Assembly: GCA_040954595.2 (NCBI GenBank)
Contig: CM082598.2
Location: 2,604,001 to 2,668,000, forward strand
Source of the DNA: Balanoglossus misakiensis
Taxonomy: Eukaryota; Animalia; Hemichordata
Reading direction: 5' to 3'
DNA: 64,000 bases
The first letter of the stretch is position 1. Each line of letters begins with the position of its first letter. Both the position numbers and the translations under genes were made by a program. Below are positions 26,295-39,900 of this stretch, one piece after another. The notes under the pieces were generated by a model. That model saw nothing but the letters and a program-made list of their open reading frames with translations. It was not told the DNA's origin and made no database searches.

Positions 26295-28463
26295 TTAAGG
26301 CATTTTCAGGTGAAATTTTCTGACCATTGTTTGTCGTAATATATCTGTGTAAATCAACTCCGGTCTGGTCATTCGGGTACAGAGCCTATTTTTCTCGGCG
26401 TTCTTTTTCAAGACAAAATCTCCCACCTTGATTCCCAAAGGGCGCCACATTCTCTGGGTGTCGTCCGATTCTTTCTCGATGCACATCTCGTAGACAGCCT
26501 CCCTTTTCTCGCGCAGCAGTCGAACTTCCTCTTGCATCCTCTTCATCCCGAAGGCGTGAACTTTCATCCAAAATGTCCGGTTAAAATATTCATACAACAA
26601 CACATCCCCGCTGTTCCACTCGCGCATGCGCTGCGCAGTCTCGTCCGATACCGTCTGCACCGAGATTTGACTGCGTTTATTCAACGTGACGTAGACAAAA
26701 TCATCTAAGCTCCAACATAGCAAATGTTTTAACAGAATCAGGGATTCGTCGAAATGTTCAGCAATCATAACAAGAGGAAAAATTCTATCAATATATTTTA
26801 TCATTCTGATTATTTTATCCCTTTCGCCCATGTCCCATATTTTCATGCCAAGATCGAACAACATTGGGTTTTTCATACTGTAAGCGTTTTCTGTGCGGGC
26901 GAGAAATATGTATCGTTCTGGATCATTGAAGAATGTTTCTAGGGAATCACGCCCTTTGATTCCGGTAAGATAAGGGATCCTAAAATATGTAAATAAGCTT
27001 TCATACATGGTGACTGGTTCTCGGATTATAGTGATGAAGGTCGTATCTTCTGGCATTACCTCCAAAATACCTGAAAAAGAGGAAGAAAACGACAGGATAT
27101 ACATATTAGTTGAATCAACGAGTTTGGAGTGAAGTTATTATACTGTCACGGAAATGTTAGGTCTATGCACAATCTGATAAAACCCCAGATGTAGGGAACG
27201 GCGACGTCTTATTCGTACGCGGTACGGTTGTGAGGCGACAGCATAAGAAAGCCGTATCGCGTAAGACGTCCCCTCATCTAATATTTAAATCAGATTGCAG
27301 TGCGACGTAAGTCAGTGACGTAATCAACAGGTGTTCGTCTCCGAGACATACATCGCCCTCTGGCGGTGATATTGGCAAAGAATTGGACTCTATTGTTTAC
27401 CTTCGTGGTGAAATCTTGTGTGATGGGCGAGAAGGTTGTAATGCTTTACTGGCAACTGTAGTATTGCGCTTTTATGGAACAAGGCTGGGTAGCTGATCAG
27501 ATTCTTCTTGGGCGGGAGAATGAACGTGAAGTTGTGTCTCTGGCCGTATCGTATGAGGATGTTCTGCACCGTACTGCTGCCGCATTTGTGCATCTTGAGG
27601 AAGGCGACGTTCTTTTTCGGCTTGCAGACTGATGACGTGTTGGCATGGCTGTAGTAATAGTCACTCTCCAGCGACGAGTAGTAATCGAGGTCTCTCCTTG
27701 TGTTCTGTGGAGGAGGGAAAAGGGTTAATTGCATGGTTACGAGTGGCTCCGAGGCCAAGAGTGAAACTTATGGGACGCATACTGTAAATGCTTGAGCCGC
27801 TAATTAGCCCCTCAACTCATGTGAAACAAAACATCTGTTGCCGGGAAATAGCGAGTACGGCTTCGGAAGTGGCGTCTATAATTACAACTTTCGGTAACGA
27901 ATACAGGAAACTACTCCCAGCTTTGAGAAACCCTTCAAAATCCACGCAAAGACTCCAATATAGGGTGGTGAATTCATAATTGGACCACCAAAGTCGAAAC
28001 GTGTGGAACACACGACACGCAAACCCATTAATTTTACAATAAGAGATTGCTTACTTTTCAAGTTACCAAATCCAACTTAACTTTATCGCGTTTATATATT
28101 TTTTATCCGGTATTCTCAAAATATTATTTATACTTACTGGTTTGAGGTGAAAATGGTCGTCTGCACTGTCAATAAAATTGGTCTTGCCTTTCAGCAATCG
28201 AATGTCATTTCTGAAAATAAAATCAAAAGACATAGTCAGGTGTGTGTGTGTGCGCGCGCGTGTGTGTAAGTGTGTGTCTATGTATGTATCTATGTGTGTA
28301 TGTGGGCAGGGACACGATTATTTCTGGCAACTTACCGCTTATAATCTGTTGTGTGGATGTGAAACTTGATGAATACGAGAAGCACAATGCAGACACTGAG
28401 AATAATTATAACTGTCAGTTGTCGGGGACGACGCAAAGGATTGATGGATTTTAGGATAGCCAT
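26295..28463 (-). CDS. Galactose-3-O-sulfotransferase (GAL3ST family) paralog A, type II Golgi membrane protein
   Basis: Exons 28336-28463 (MAILKSINPLRRPRQLTVIIILSVCIVLLVFIKF, signal anchor), 28138-28210, 27401-27704, 26295-27070; phases are consistent. 5'-PSB motif FLKMHKCGSSTV, 3'-PB motif TIIREPVTMYES, plus LVMIAEHFDESLILLKHLLCW and WNSGDVLLYEYFNRTFW. Confidence 0.93.
27352..27368 (-). promoter_or_regulatory. CTCF-like motif
   Basis: The reverse strand reads CACCGCCAGAGGGCGAT. Confidence 0.5.
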
Positions 28464-29569
28464 ATCTGCAACAGACGAGAAAAAGTGAACAGTTAGACAT
28501 TCTTACGTAATAACAAATATGGCCGTTCCAGTCAGTTAATGAAACAGAGATGCTGTAAAAATATCCGATCTGCTAGTGAAAGTTTTTAATGTACATCGTC
28601 AAAGTGAAATCCTGTACTGGTGAGGTAATTACAAAGAACTGGAGTTTGATAAATTTCGATTCTCAAATCTACGGTATTGCAAAGCTGTGATCGTCAGTAT
28701 ACTCTATCACTCTGCCCGATCGCTCGTTCACTCACCTGGTTCGTCAGTTATTACTTAGTGTAGACGACTGGGAGATCTTGCCCTTGCCAATAAACAAGAC
28801 TGTGTTTACACCGTTTCTGGACTAGTTGTCTGACAGAGTAGGACATTGACAACGATCGACGCCTGACTGACAGATACTACATGATCAGACTAAGATGTCA
28901 ACGGGTTCGATTTCACTTTCATCTGGGCAACAAAGCACTGTTGTCATTCAGGTTAACTTTTGCATATACTTACGTAACCCGTACGCTAATCAGCCGCCTT
29001 GGTGAACTTAAGGTTTCGGTGTAGTCATGGATACGGTGTACGCGTTGAGCACTGGTCCAATCATCACGAACAAGACAAATTATCCTTCTTCTCAAGAAAT
29101 TTGTAATCTTATAGCGCTGTCACAGAGGTTCAGTACTGTGCACGCCTTATGCAGATTTCTTGACAACTGCTTTTCTCTATAAAACTGAGTGAAGTTTGCT
29201 CTATAAGATCTTTCTGCATAGATTTTTAACCACCTTAATTTGTTGTGGCCTCAATCTCTGAGACCATTGGCCAAATTTGCTTTGCAGGTAGTCGAGTGGA
29301 TGGGATTGGTTTGGGTGTTTTTTTAGGGATTGGTAGAAGAAAAGGGTTGGTTAAAAAAATAATGTTGGTCTTTGAAAATTTCGCCCTCCACAGGCGAAAC
29401 ATGTGTTCATTGTCACCAACGTTTATGTGCTTGGTCCCTCAGTACAGAGACAACACACCCCTTTGTCAACAATGTGATCGCCGACCGCCATTATCATGAT
29501 ATGTACACACCACATCATAATGTTGTCACTTTCATCGATTGAAGCGGCTATGATTGAAAAGAGTAAGTC

Positions 29570-32519
29570 ATGAGGCTTCTTCGGAAATTAGGGTTGAAGA
29601 CCAGAATTTCGCGTTTCTTCTATCTCCTAGTCATCGTGGGCATCTGTCTGACCACGTTCCTCTTCAGGAACGGTGGAAATGACCGTCAAAACAGCCAACA
29701 CTTCGCCGATCGTGATGGTCTCGTTCATCGATGGGCCGACCTCAGCAGGTACAAGTATACACTGTGTCCACATAGCGACTGTTTACATCAAATCTTATAC
29801 CCCATTACAATATATTGTGCTCGGGTGTCACATGTGTTCGAGTAATATATTATATAGTAGGAAAAAATATTGGTTAATAGTACAGTTTTAATAGGGACCG
29901 TGATTTTATTTACCTGTGTGTGGTATGAGCTTAGAAAGTCGCAGCTGAAATAGATTTTATTCACCATAAAATCTGTACAAGATTGTCTGCCAGCGTTTTA
30001 CTGTGACCCGTATTGTTTTAATTGCCACATTGTAGCAGCATATTGACTCTTTCCAATAGCAACTCTCAATAAAATTGTTGCCATGGTAAAGGCACGGTGA
30101 CAATGTACTAGTACAAGCAATATTTTGTCATGTACAGTATAGATATATGAAATTGGGTCCGACCATCATTCACGTATTGTTACTATCCAGCCAGTCTAAG
30201 AAGGTATTTCATTATACATAAGCTTTCTGTAATCCTTCAGATAATTCTCTCCTTTCCAAACGTCTTTCCTCTAGCTGAGTCAATATGTCATCTCTCTCTC
30301 GTAATCTTCTGTCGTTGACGAGCTTTCAGTCAAAGACAGACAAATGGCCTACTGCTGGACAGAGAAATCCTAAGCTTTGCATAAAATGTACAAATGCTTT
30401 TTTTTCAAATCTACCATACCTTGGAAACAAAATAGCATTTTATTAAGACAGTCAAATATTCCAGTGTAGTTTGGAGAGGTGTAGTATAATTAATAGTAAT
30501 AGTATCATTTCATGAACTGATACCAGATGTCGACAGTGATTTACAAACATACTGGTACTGGTAAAAAAAAAAATATGGAGAAGAAAAAAAAGGGACACAA
30601 CAGAAATGTTTGAGGTCACAAAGTCCTGACACACATACATGTACCTGTACCTACAGGAAGTATGATATTTATGACTATCATTGTAGTCCCGGAAATGTAA
30701 TTGGAAACTTATGAGTAATTACAATGCACATGGGAAATTGGGTTGACATTTGATATGAAACTGTGAGTGGATTGGAGTCGTGATGTTGGTGATGTCATTG
30801 TACGTGTCTGTGTATTTATATGCGTGGGCGAGGTCAGTAGAAATTTATGTTGATATGGGTGTTCAGTTTGAAATCGTTTATCAGTTGACACGATATGTGT
30901 AGATTGGACATTTTATGTAGGAATGGACAGAGTCAGATGAATTATACATGTACATATGTGTAGATAGACAGATTTGATGGGAGTTATGTCGTGCATGTAT
31001 TTTAACATCTTGGCATGGCTCCTATATAGACTATGACGTATTTGGGCACAGCTGGGTGTATTAAACCCCCTACAAATCTTACTGGTTTTCATTGGTTTGG
31101 CTGGGTGGTCACGTATAGGCCCAACCTTAAATCACACACACTTTGCATGTTAACGTGCCTGGGTGCCAGAAATTTAGGTCCCTGTAAATCAAACCAGTGT
31201 CAATCGGTATGGCAGGAGTATTAGGCTAATGTTGGATCTTCATTTTTATATTTTAAAGGGACAATGTGTATCAGCCGAACGAGAAACAAGAGCGAGAATA
31301 CCTGAGTCTGAATTTATTGATGTACGACGACGAAACTAGGGAGCACCTCAGAAATCGGTCGCTGATGTTCGATCGCCAAAGAATCCAGGATATGCGCGAC
31401 ACTTCATGGCTGCGTGGAACGCTGGATGGAAAAGATTCCCGCATCGGTGAAGCTAAGCCGTGCACGAAATTAACACCACGTCAAAACATCACATTTTTGA
31501 AAATCCACAAAACGGGAAGTTCGACTGTTCAGAACATGTTTCTTCGGTACGGCTACCACCATAAGTTGAAATTCGTGCTTCCCCCACGCGGCCATTACTT
31601 AGGATACCCCAACTTTTTCGACAAAAGGAACATGCTCGAAACTGCAGACGGCGTTTACAACATCTTCTGTCACCACACTCGGTTCAATAACCAAGTCATC
31701 TCGCAAATAATGCCTGAGAACACAGTCTTTGTGACAATTCTGCGCGATCCGGTCACCGTCTTCGAGAGTGCCTTCACCTACTTTCTCATTGGTCGAAAAT
31801 GCGGCTATGACAACGAGGACCCCTTAGCACTGCAGAAATTCCTACAGGACCCCCAAGCGTGCTACCGCAAACTGGAAAAACGCTCCCACGTGCGAAATAA
31901 CCTCTTCTTTGACTTCGGCATGGAAGCGGATAGTTTCGAAAGCGATGAAATCATCGATCAAGCAATCAGAATGATCGATCAGAAATTTTCACTCGTAATG
32001 ATCGCAGAATATTTCGAGGAATCTGTTATCTTACTAAAAGATTTATTGTGCTGGGACTTTGATGACGTTAAATATTTTAAAATGAACGCTCGAAACGAGC
32101 AGTCTATCAAGCGTCTCACAGACGACATGAAAAGCAAAATCCTGTCGTGGAATCGCGCGGATAAAAAACTCTACGACCATTTTAACCAGACCTTCTGGAA
32201 AAAAGTGCAGCAGTACGGAGAGAGTGAAATGGAAAGGGATGTTTTGAAACTGCGCGAGATAAACGAACATTGGAGAAGTACGTGTTTAGCGTCAGATGAG
32301 ATCACGGAGAGGGGAGCGGGGAACTTCAAAGTTTTCCAGCCGCCCGGAGTCAAGATAAACAACTTTCAGCTGAAAGCAGAAGCTGAGAGTAACATTGTGT
32401 GTAAAACCATGGTCCTACCTGAGATCCAGTTCACAGGCGAGCTGAGGAAACGCCAGTTTCCATGGCTACAGCCGATGCAGAAACGCAAGAGACCTTTTCA
32501 CAAGCCGTTTGTTGTGTAA
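29570..32519 (+). CDS. Galactose-3-O-sulfotransferase (GAL3ST family) paralog B, type II Golgi membrane protein
   Basis: Exon 29570-29748 (MRLLRKLGLKTRISRFFYLLVIVGICLTTFLF, signal anchor; phase-2 donor) joins exon 31259-32519. Motifs FLKIHKTGSSTV, TILRDPVTVFES, LVMIAEYFEESVILLKDLLCW and WNRADKKLYDHFNQTFW. Confidence 0.95.
31050..31229. mobile_element. Older, diverged copy of the 48963/63630 family
   Basis: TGGTTTGGCT...GTATAGGCCC...CACACACTTTGCA...CCTGGGTGCCAGAAATTTAGGTCCCTGTAAATCAAACCAGT...GGCAG...TTAGGCTAA. Confidence 0.65.
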
Positions 32520-32959
32520 CTTAAATGTACAGACCATTTTTTATCACAGACTATTTTACGCTGCAATGACACCAAAGTGGAAAAAACGCCATCAGCATTT
32601 GTTGATAATACTTAATATAAAGATGTCTTTTCCAGTTTTTATGATGCAATATCCTGAATTTCATTTGGCCTCCTGGGTTTTCATTATGTGGTGTAATCTC
32701 CTGTTCTTCAAAGGTTGCAATGTCTTCACTTCCTATGGTGGTTTTCTGTAGTTAAAATTTGATGAAAATTCCCAAAGTTGATCAGTCCAGAACTCTTCCT
32801 ACATGTCGTAAAAACAGTCATGTTTTATCACAAGCTTTGCTGTGACTGTGTGTGTCTACGTCAGATCTCTATTCCAAATCAGATGTGAAATTGGCTCAAT
32901 ATTTGCAGGTTCTGTGCTACTCTGTTCACATACGAACTTGAGCCATAGAAAATCTTGTC

Positions 32960-33070
32960 TTAAAGGGACAAAGTCTCTCTCTTGCTGCCCTTTTCCCATT
33001 AATTATGTTTGATACAATTATTCTACATGTGGATACATAGTGCATCAACGTTTGATCACACACAACTTAA
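32960..33070. mobile_element. Partial copy of the same MITE family in the probable 3'UTR of GAL3ST paralog B
   Basis: TTAAAGGGACAAAGTCTCTCTCTTGCTGCCCTTTTCCCATTAATTATGTTTGATACAA...CATGTGGATACATAGTG. Confidence 0.85.
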
Positions 33071-33452
33071 CAAACACAGATAATTATTATTAAGTGGCAG
33101 GGATTACACTTTCAACAGATTTTATTAAGTCGAAAGGACCTTTATGTAATGTATTTATTCGTTGTACTAGTATGCAAATAAACGTTTTTATGAAATGTAA
33201 CCATCAAATGTTCGTTTATCTTTGGAGTAGTACAACTCCAATCTCTGTCACATACTGATGCAAATTATCATTTTGTAAATTATCACTCTATCATATTCAT
33301 TCATTGCACAAATCAGTCTCACAGACTTATTTTTGTGTTTGTTCACGCGCAAAAATATTTCTCATGGAAGGCATGCAGGCTGTAAACTGGCACTGAAAAC
33401 AGACAACAAGGGAAGTGAATGCAACCAAGAATGCATCCCAGGCTTTTCCTAA

Positions 33453-33530
33453 ATATCTCCCACAATGCATTGGGAGGTTACATCACTTCCTATATCTCCC
33501 ATAATGCATTGGGAAGTTACATCACTTCCT
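33453..33530. repeat. 39-bp tandem duplication
   Basis: ATATCTCCCAYAATGCATTGGGARGTTACATCACTTCCT, two copies. Confidence 0.95.
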
Positions 33531-33943
33531 GCCAGTGCACCTACAATGCCTGTAAATTACCAAAACCACAATTCCTATTGGTTACTGCACAAACATATTC
33601 GACATTATTTTCTTTAACTAAAATTTGGAGATATTACTAAGGAAACTAAAAGATTTAAATTTTGCATAAAGTGTTATTATTCTTGCAGCAAATAAGCTTG
33701 AGATAACAAGCAGTATTTTTGTTTATCAATATATGATAAATTTTTAAAATGAAAAATGCCCATAAATGCATTGATACCAAAACTTAATGATACTCCCATA
33801 AAATATGCCACCCAAACAGAACTATACAATTCTTACTCAATAGAACTGAAAAAACATTACTGGTAAGTGTAAAATAAATGTCAAACATTTTTGAACAGAA
33901 AAGACTGGTTTTGTTGGAAGTCAAGAAATTACCGCATCACAAC

Positions 33944-36900
33944 TCAGCAGTTCATAAATAAGACGAACAGAACAACATGAACCACTAGAAAATATAACAA
34001 CATTGTTGTGCGAATTCCTGGTCTTGTACGCATCAGACGATAACAGTAATTGCTGAAAGAAAGACAGAAAAGAATGAGCAATTAAGTGAAATCCTTGTTG
34101 TAGAGATATAGAGTCAGTCCAAGTACATGTATTGCGAGAGTTCCAAAGTGTGTATACCAAGATAGTGGACATGAAATCCCTATCTAAAATTACTGAAATA
34201 TGGTTGATCAACTCACCTTCGACCTCGGAACCATCTCCTTACTTGAGTTGTAAATGAATTAACATTGCGAGCTGCAACAGAGAGAAACCATTAATGAACG
34301 TATTAGTTCTGACTCGTAAAAGCAAACCTGTCTGGCAGAATTTAAAAGCCGTCTCAAATCTAAGCCGTTTCAGAACTGTCCACACACGTTTTTTTAAGAC
34401 GGTGTCTGATCTGAGATGCTTCAGAACTGTCTTAATGGTGTGTGTGTGACCCCCATAATGGACACAAAGACTTACTTAATGTATAGCTGGTCTGCCTGGT
34501 TCTAAGCATAGGTTCCCTTTCCTCATCTGGCTCGATGGTGAGAAGGAATTCTTTACTTGGTGGTCTGGGTGGTTGGCTTTCTTCCAGTCTCAATTGTTCC
34601 TGAGCCTGGGATAACTGATCCTCAACTTGAAGTCGACGTTCTCTCTCCATCTGCAAGGCAGCCTGGGGAACAAGGATAGGAAAGTATGGGACATGGTTGA
34701 ATGGAAAATCAACTCTCTTATGTCCTGGAGTATGTTTAAAGTGAAGGGGTCGTCACACCGCGTTTGTTTGTTAATCAACATTACATTTCATCCACAAATC
34801 CCTGACATTAGATAATTCTTAGAATGAATGAAGCAGCCAACCGTAGCGTAGACAGGGAAACCCAAATGTGTACAGTGCACAACCACTATTTATACAGTGG
34901 TCACGTGACATGCATTTTCATGGACCTTTGAAAAAATCAGATTTAATCCCATTTTGCAAAACTAATGCATGTTTGACATTAATGCATAGATTAGTCAGTC
35001 AAGAAAGGGGGAGAGGGCTCTATTGGTCAACGATTGTCTGCTGATAATTTTCGTAAAAAAAATAACTCATTTTTCCATGTCATGCACTTATTCTCTTGCT
35101 GTACCCAAATATGGTAACTGCCAGTACACCAATATGCTGATTTAGCCAAGATTCAGTGCATTGGAGGTAAATTTTAGAGAAAAAAGAAACTTTACACCCC
35201 TAAAAGACAGCAAGTCGAAACTAATGAATATATACTACCAGGAAATAAAACCAAACAGGCAAGTCTTGAAACCGAAACATGCCGATAAAACAGTAAGAAT
35301 TTTTTTTTTCTGGAGACAAGTACTCACAGTGGACAGAGGTGCATTCTGGCCATACTTTGTCTAAAATGAAAAATCAAAAATGTTTTTTTTTTTTTAGATT
35401 GTTCTCATTGCAAGAAACTGATTTCTGATCTTCAGGACTATTCACCCCCTCCCCATCCCCTTGAGGTACTGGACTATTTTCACCTTGGGAATCAAACTTT
35501 TGTGAAGTTTTTTTTTACATAATTGAAAATACACACTTTCAAACTGCTTTTGCTCACCTCAAGTTGTGCATTGTCTTGTGCAAAGTCTGATCTCGACTTT
35601 TCTGTTTCTTCAATACTGAGACAAAAGAAACCAAAAATACAACTTTATTCCAAGCGTGTGACTTTTTAAATTAATCATGCTTGTCCAGGGGTATACACTG
35701 TTGATGATAAACATATAGAACATGCACTGTTGACAACATACACGTAGAGCGTGCAGATGCTGGCTACATACCGTCTACTTAGCATAATCAGTTCACTCTC
35801 CGTGATTTCTATCGTGGGTGATTCCATTTTTGTGGCAGAGGAGTCTGGTTCATCTGGTGGCATAGATATCGCAGTAGATGCTGAAGAGACGGTTTGTTGT
35901 TCCGTGGCCATGACCGGTATTTCCTCCACTCTTTGAACAGCTGAACGTTCATGTACAGGTTCTTGAACCTAAAGATACACGCATGAAGAAATTGATACTT
36001 CTCAATAATTATGAGAGAGATGACTTACAAAATCAATATTTAGAAAAAAGAGCATATGACAATATTTGAAAATGGAAGCATTACCTGTAGCTTTGTCTGG
36101 TATAGACTTGCTATTTCTTGATACTGTTGATCTAATAGCTGATATTGTGTTTGTAATTCGAGTAATCTGCTCTCACTCTCCTTGAGACCTCTTGCTCCGT
36201 GTTGCAGCTGGATTGCTAGGTTGTTCTTCTCTTCCATGACTTTGGTGAGTTTCATGGTCAGTTCTTGTACCCTGGTAGGATTGACAGGTCACAGATGCAA
36301 AATAGAGAGAGAGATATGTAGCAGATACTTCATTCAACATAGTGACTGTCTTGGGTAGTTTCTGGATTCCCTAGCATTGCGTCTGCCTAATTAGCCAGGA
36401 ATACGGGAGTGCTTTTCCAGTATATGGGCTATACATGCTGGAAAATACAAAGTAAAGTTGCATACATACACACACACACACACACACACACATACATGAA
36501 TACAAACACACACACGCATATACACACACACATGCATACACACACACAAACACAACAAATCCTAACCATCAGCATGTATTATTTACCTGATATCTTTGCC
36601 ATGGAAGCCCTGCATAAAACCTTCAAACTCTTGATGCAGTCGTTGTCGTTCCTCCTCGGAATAATGCAAATCCTCGGTCAACTTCCTCACCTGCTGGGCA
36701 CTTTCCTGTTCAAGACTGTCCAATTGCTTCTTCAAGTCTGCATTTTCCACTCTCAGGTTATCGACCTCGCCTTCGTATCTGGCAATCTCTGATTTACACG
36801 TCGCATTCTCATCTCTCAGAGCTGTTGCGTCGTTCTCTAATAATTCTGTCCTCTCTTGAAGTCCTTCCTTTTCATTCTTCAGATCATTCATTTCCGTCTC

Positions 36901-39900
36901 AAATTTCTCAATTTCAAATTTCTGGGCACTATTTTCTGCGCTTAACTGTTTCAGTTCTTTCTCAAAGGCATCTCTCTCACCTTCAAGTTTATCATTTTCC
37001 TCTTTCAGAATCTGACAATCGTGGATGTGTTGACTTGAAATCTTTTCAAACTCGCTCGCTAATTTCACATTCTGACCGCGTATCTCGCTGTTCTCGTTCT
37101 CAGATTCTTCAAGACGTTCTCTCGCTGAACTCAGTTCCGTCTCCAGGGCTGCCTTGTCTTCTTCGATGCCGTGCAAGTGTTTCTGCAAGTTCGAGTATTT
37201 CTCTAGTTCCCCCATGAACTGCTTGTTCTCCTCTGCGAGTTCCTCAACTTGCGATTCAAGCTCCTGTTCGCGTTCTTGCAGCTGCCACTGTTCGTTGTTC
37301 AGCTCCTGGTGCGCCGCTTTCAACTCATTCACTTGCTCGCTCAATCTCTGATTCTGCTCTTTGATTCTGTCCATTTCTTCCACTTCTTTCTTCAGTTCAT
37401 TCATTTCCCATGTTAACTTCTCTTTCTCATTCACACTATCCGCTACCTCGTTCCTCGCTTTTTCTATTTCACCCTCGTACTGCGCCTTTGTTTCCACGTT
37501 CTTGTGCTCCATGTCAGACTTGATACTTTCCAGCTGAACCTTAATCTCGGAGTTCTGTTTCTCAAGAAGCGTCCTCATTTTCTGAAGCTCAGCTTTGAGT
37601 TCGTTATTCTCATTCTTCGTGGTTTTATACTCAGCTTTCATTTTCACAAGATGGCTGTGATACAGAGTGTTTTTCTGGGTCAGTTTTTCACACTCCGCGG
37701 TCCTCTCCTCCTTCTCTGATTTCACGGCCATTAATTCCATCTCTGTTGAATTTAACTGTGATTCTTTGTCGCTCAGTTTCTGTTGGACTTCACCTAGTGC
37801 ATTTTTCAGAGCCACACATTCGTCCGTGGCATTTTTGTGTCTCTCTGACAGTGAGGTTAGTTCATTTTTCACAGCTGCAGATTCGTGAGTTTTTTCATCT
37901 GAAGACTGTCGAAGTGTCTCGACTTCGCACCGCACATTTTGCATTTGCATATTCCAATCCTCCCTCTCTTTAATCAACCCTTCGCTCTCCTCTGAGCTCC
38001 GTCGCTCCAGGTCTTCTATCTTCGATTCCAAATCCTCACAAGTGGCCTTCAAGTTCTGCAACTGCGTCTGTAGTTTCTCTCCTTGTCTTCTCAAGAAATC
38101 CTTCTCGTTTTGCGAAGATTCAAGGTCCCATTTCAGCTCAGATATCAGTTCTTCCGCGTTCTCGTGTTGAGTCCTCAAACGTTCACACTCAGAGCTCACC
38201 TCCTGGAGATTATCACACTTTTCTTGTAATTCAACATTTTTGCCACCCAATTCACCCACCTGCTCTTTCAAGTCTGTTATCTGACCTTCCAGACTTGAAC
38301 ATTCTTGCCTTAGTCCATCACAATCTGTCCGCGAATCTTCAAGCTCTTTCTGGCATCTCTGCATCTCGGTCTCAACTTGGTGTTTCTGCTCTGCGATCTC
38401 GTTCATCTGTTTGACCATCTCCTCACTGGTCTGTCCGCTCATTGCATTCGTCGTCTCGAGTTCTCGAATCTGTCTCTCCATTTCAAGTTTCTGTGTCTCC
38501 AGATTCCTCACTTCTTCCATCAATCTATCCTTCTCACCTTGACTGTCTTCTAAAACTCTCTGAGAATTTTCTCTCTCATTGTCCAACCCTTCTTTCAATT
38601 CCGCATTTTCAGACCTCAAAATCTGCAAATCTTCCTCCAATGTACCCACAGCTTCAACTTGCCTCTGTATTTCTGCCTGCAGATTGGATTTCTCACTTTC
38701 AAACTGTCTGGAATTCTCTTCAAAGTCTTTGCTAACAACTTGCAATTTCTCTTCTAAACTTTGCTTTTCATCACTCAACTCTCTAATCTCAGATTGGGCT
38801 TCATCCACCTGCCTGTACAAGGCCTCTATACCTTCTTTCTGAACTTCTTCCCTCTCCTTCACCATTTCATCGAGCTGCCTTTGTAAATTTTCATTTTCCC
38901 TTTCCTTTGCCAGCTTCTCTGTTTTGGCTGTTTCAACATCCTGCGACAAACGCTCCACAGTTTCCAAGAACTCTGCTTCCTTGTTCTGAAGTTTCTCTTC
39001 CAGGACACCGTTTTGATTCTGTAGAGTTGCAAGATTGTTTTGGAATGTCTCTGTTGCCTCTTGAGAGTTCTTGAGTTCATCCTGATAGAGCTGGACATTT
39101 CTTTCCCCTTCTTCCATCCTGGATCTGAGCTCAATGATTTCCTGGTCAGTGGCAGTCTTCTCTTCTTGAAGCTTTGCTAACTGCTGCTGCAACTCCCTGA
39201 GGCTATCCTGAGCGTGCTGCAGTTCTGACTGAACCTGCCCGTGCATGGCACTTTGCTGTACCCGCTCTTCCTGCTTATGAACATACTCCCTTCTGTGGGT
39301 CTCAAGCTCTGTCTGGAGCATACGCCTCTCTTCCTCCTTTTCGTCAAACTCCATCTTCTTTTCGGCAAGCTCATCCCTCAGATTCATCAGCTCTTCCTCT
39401 TTTAAAGCACACTCCCTCCTCTGGCTATCCAGGTCTCCTGTTAATAGCCCGATGCTTTCAGACTGCTTTTCAATGACACCGTCCTTTTCTGTAACCGAAC
39501 TCTTGAGTGCCGCTATCTCCTTAGCTAGCTCCTGTTGTCCTTCACTATCCCCTCCTTGAGAATCTCGCAAGACTTGCAATTCTTCCTTCAAGACATCTGT
39601 CTCTTTGACTGCCATGTCTCCCTTGACTTTCAACTCCTTGGCTTTTTCAAGTAACTTGCTGTATCTCTTCTTGATGTTCTCAACGTCCGCTTTGAGTTTA
39701 TCTCTCTCAACCTCGTGGGCTTCCTTCTGTTCTGTCAGACTTGTTTCTAAATCAGAAACTCTGCTGTCTTTCTCGCTGAAACTCAAATTCATTGATTCAA
39801 GATGGCTGTCTCTTTCCTTCATTTGTTCTCTCAGAATTTCCAATTCTTCTTTTGCCCTCTCCAACTCACGATTCAGATCTTCAATTTTCTTCGAACTGTC

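Noticed and set aside
28736-28900. Minus-strand exon upstream of GAL3ST-A as coding
   Set aside because: Stops occur in all three frames just before the donor; at most a 5'UTR exon.
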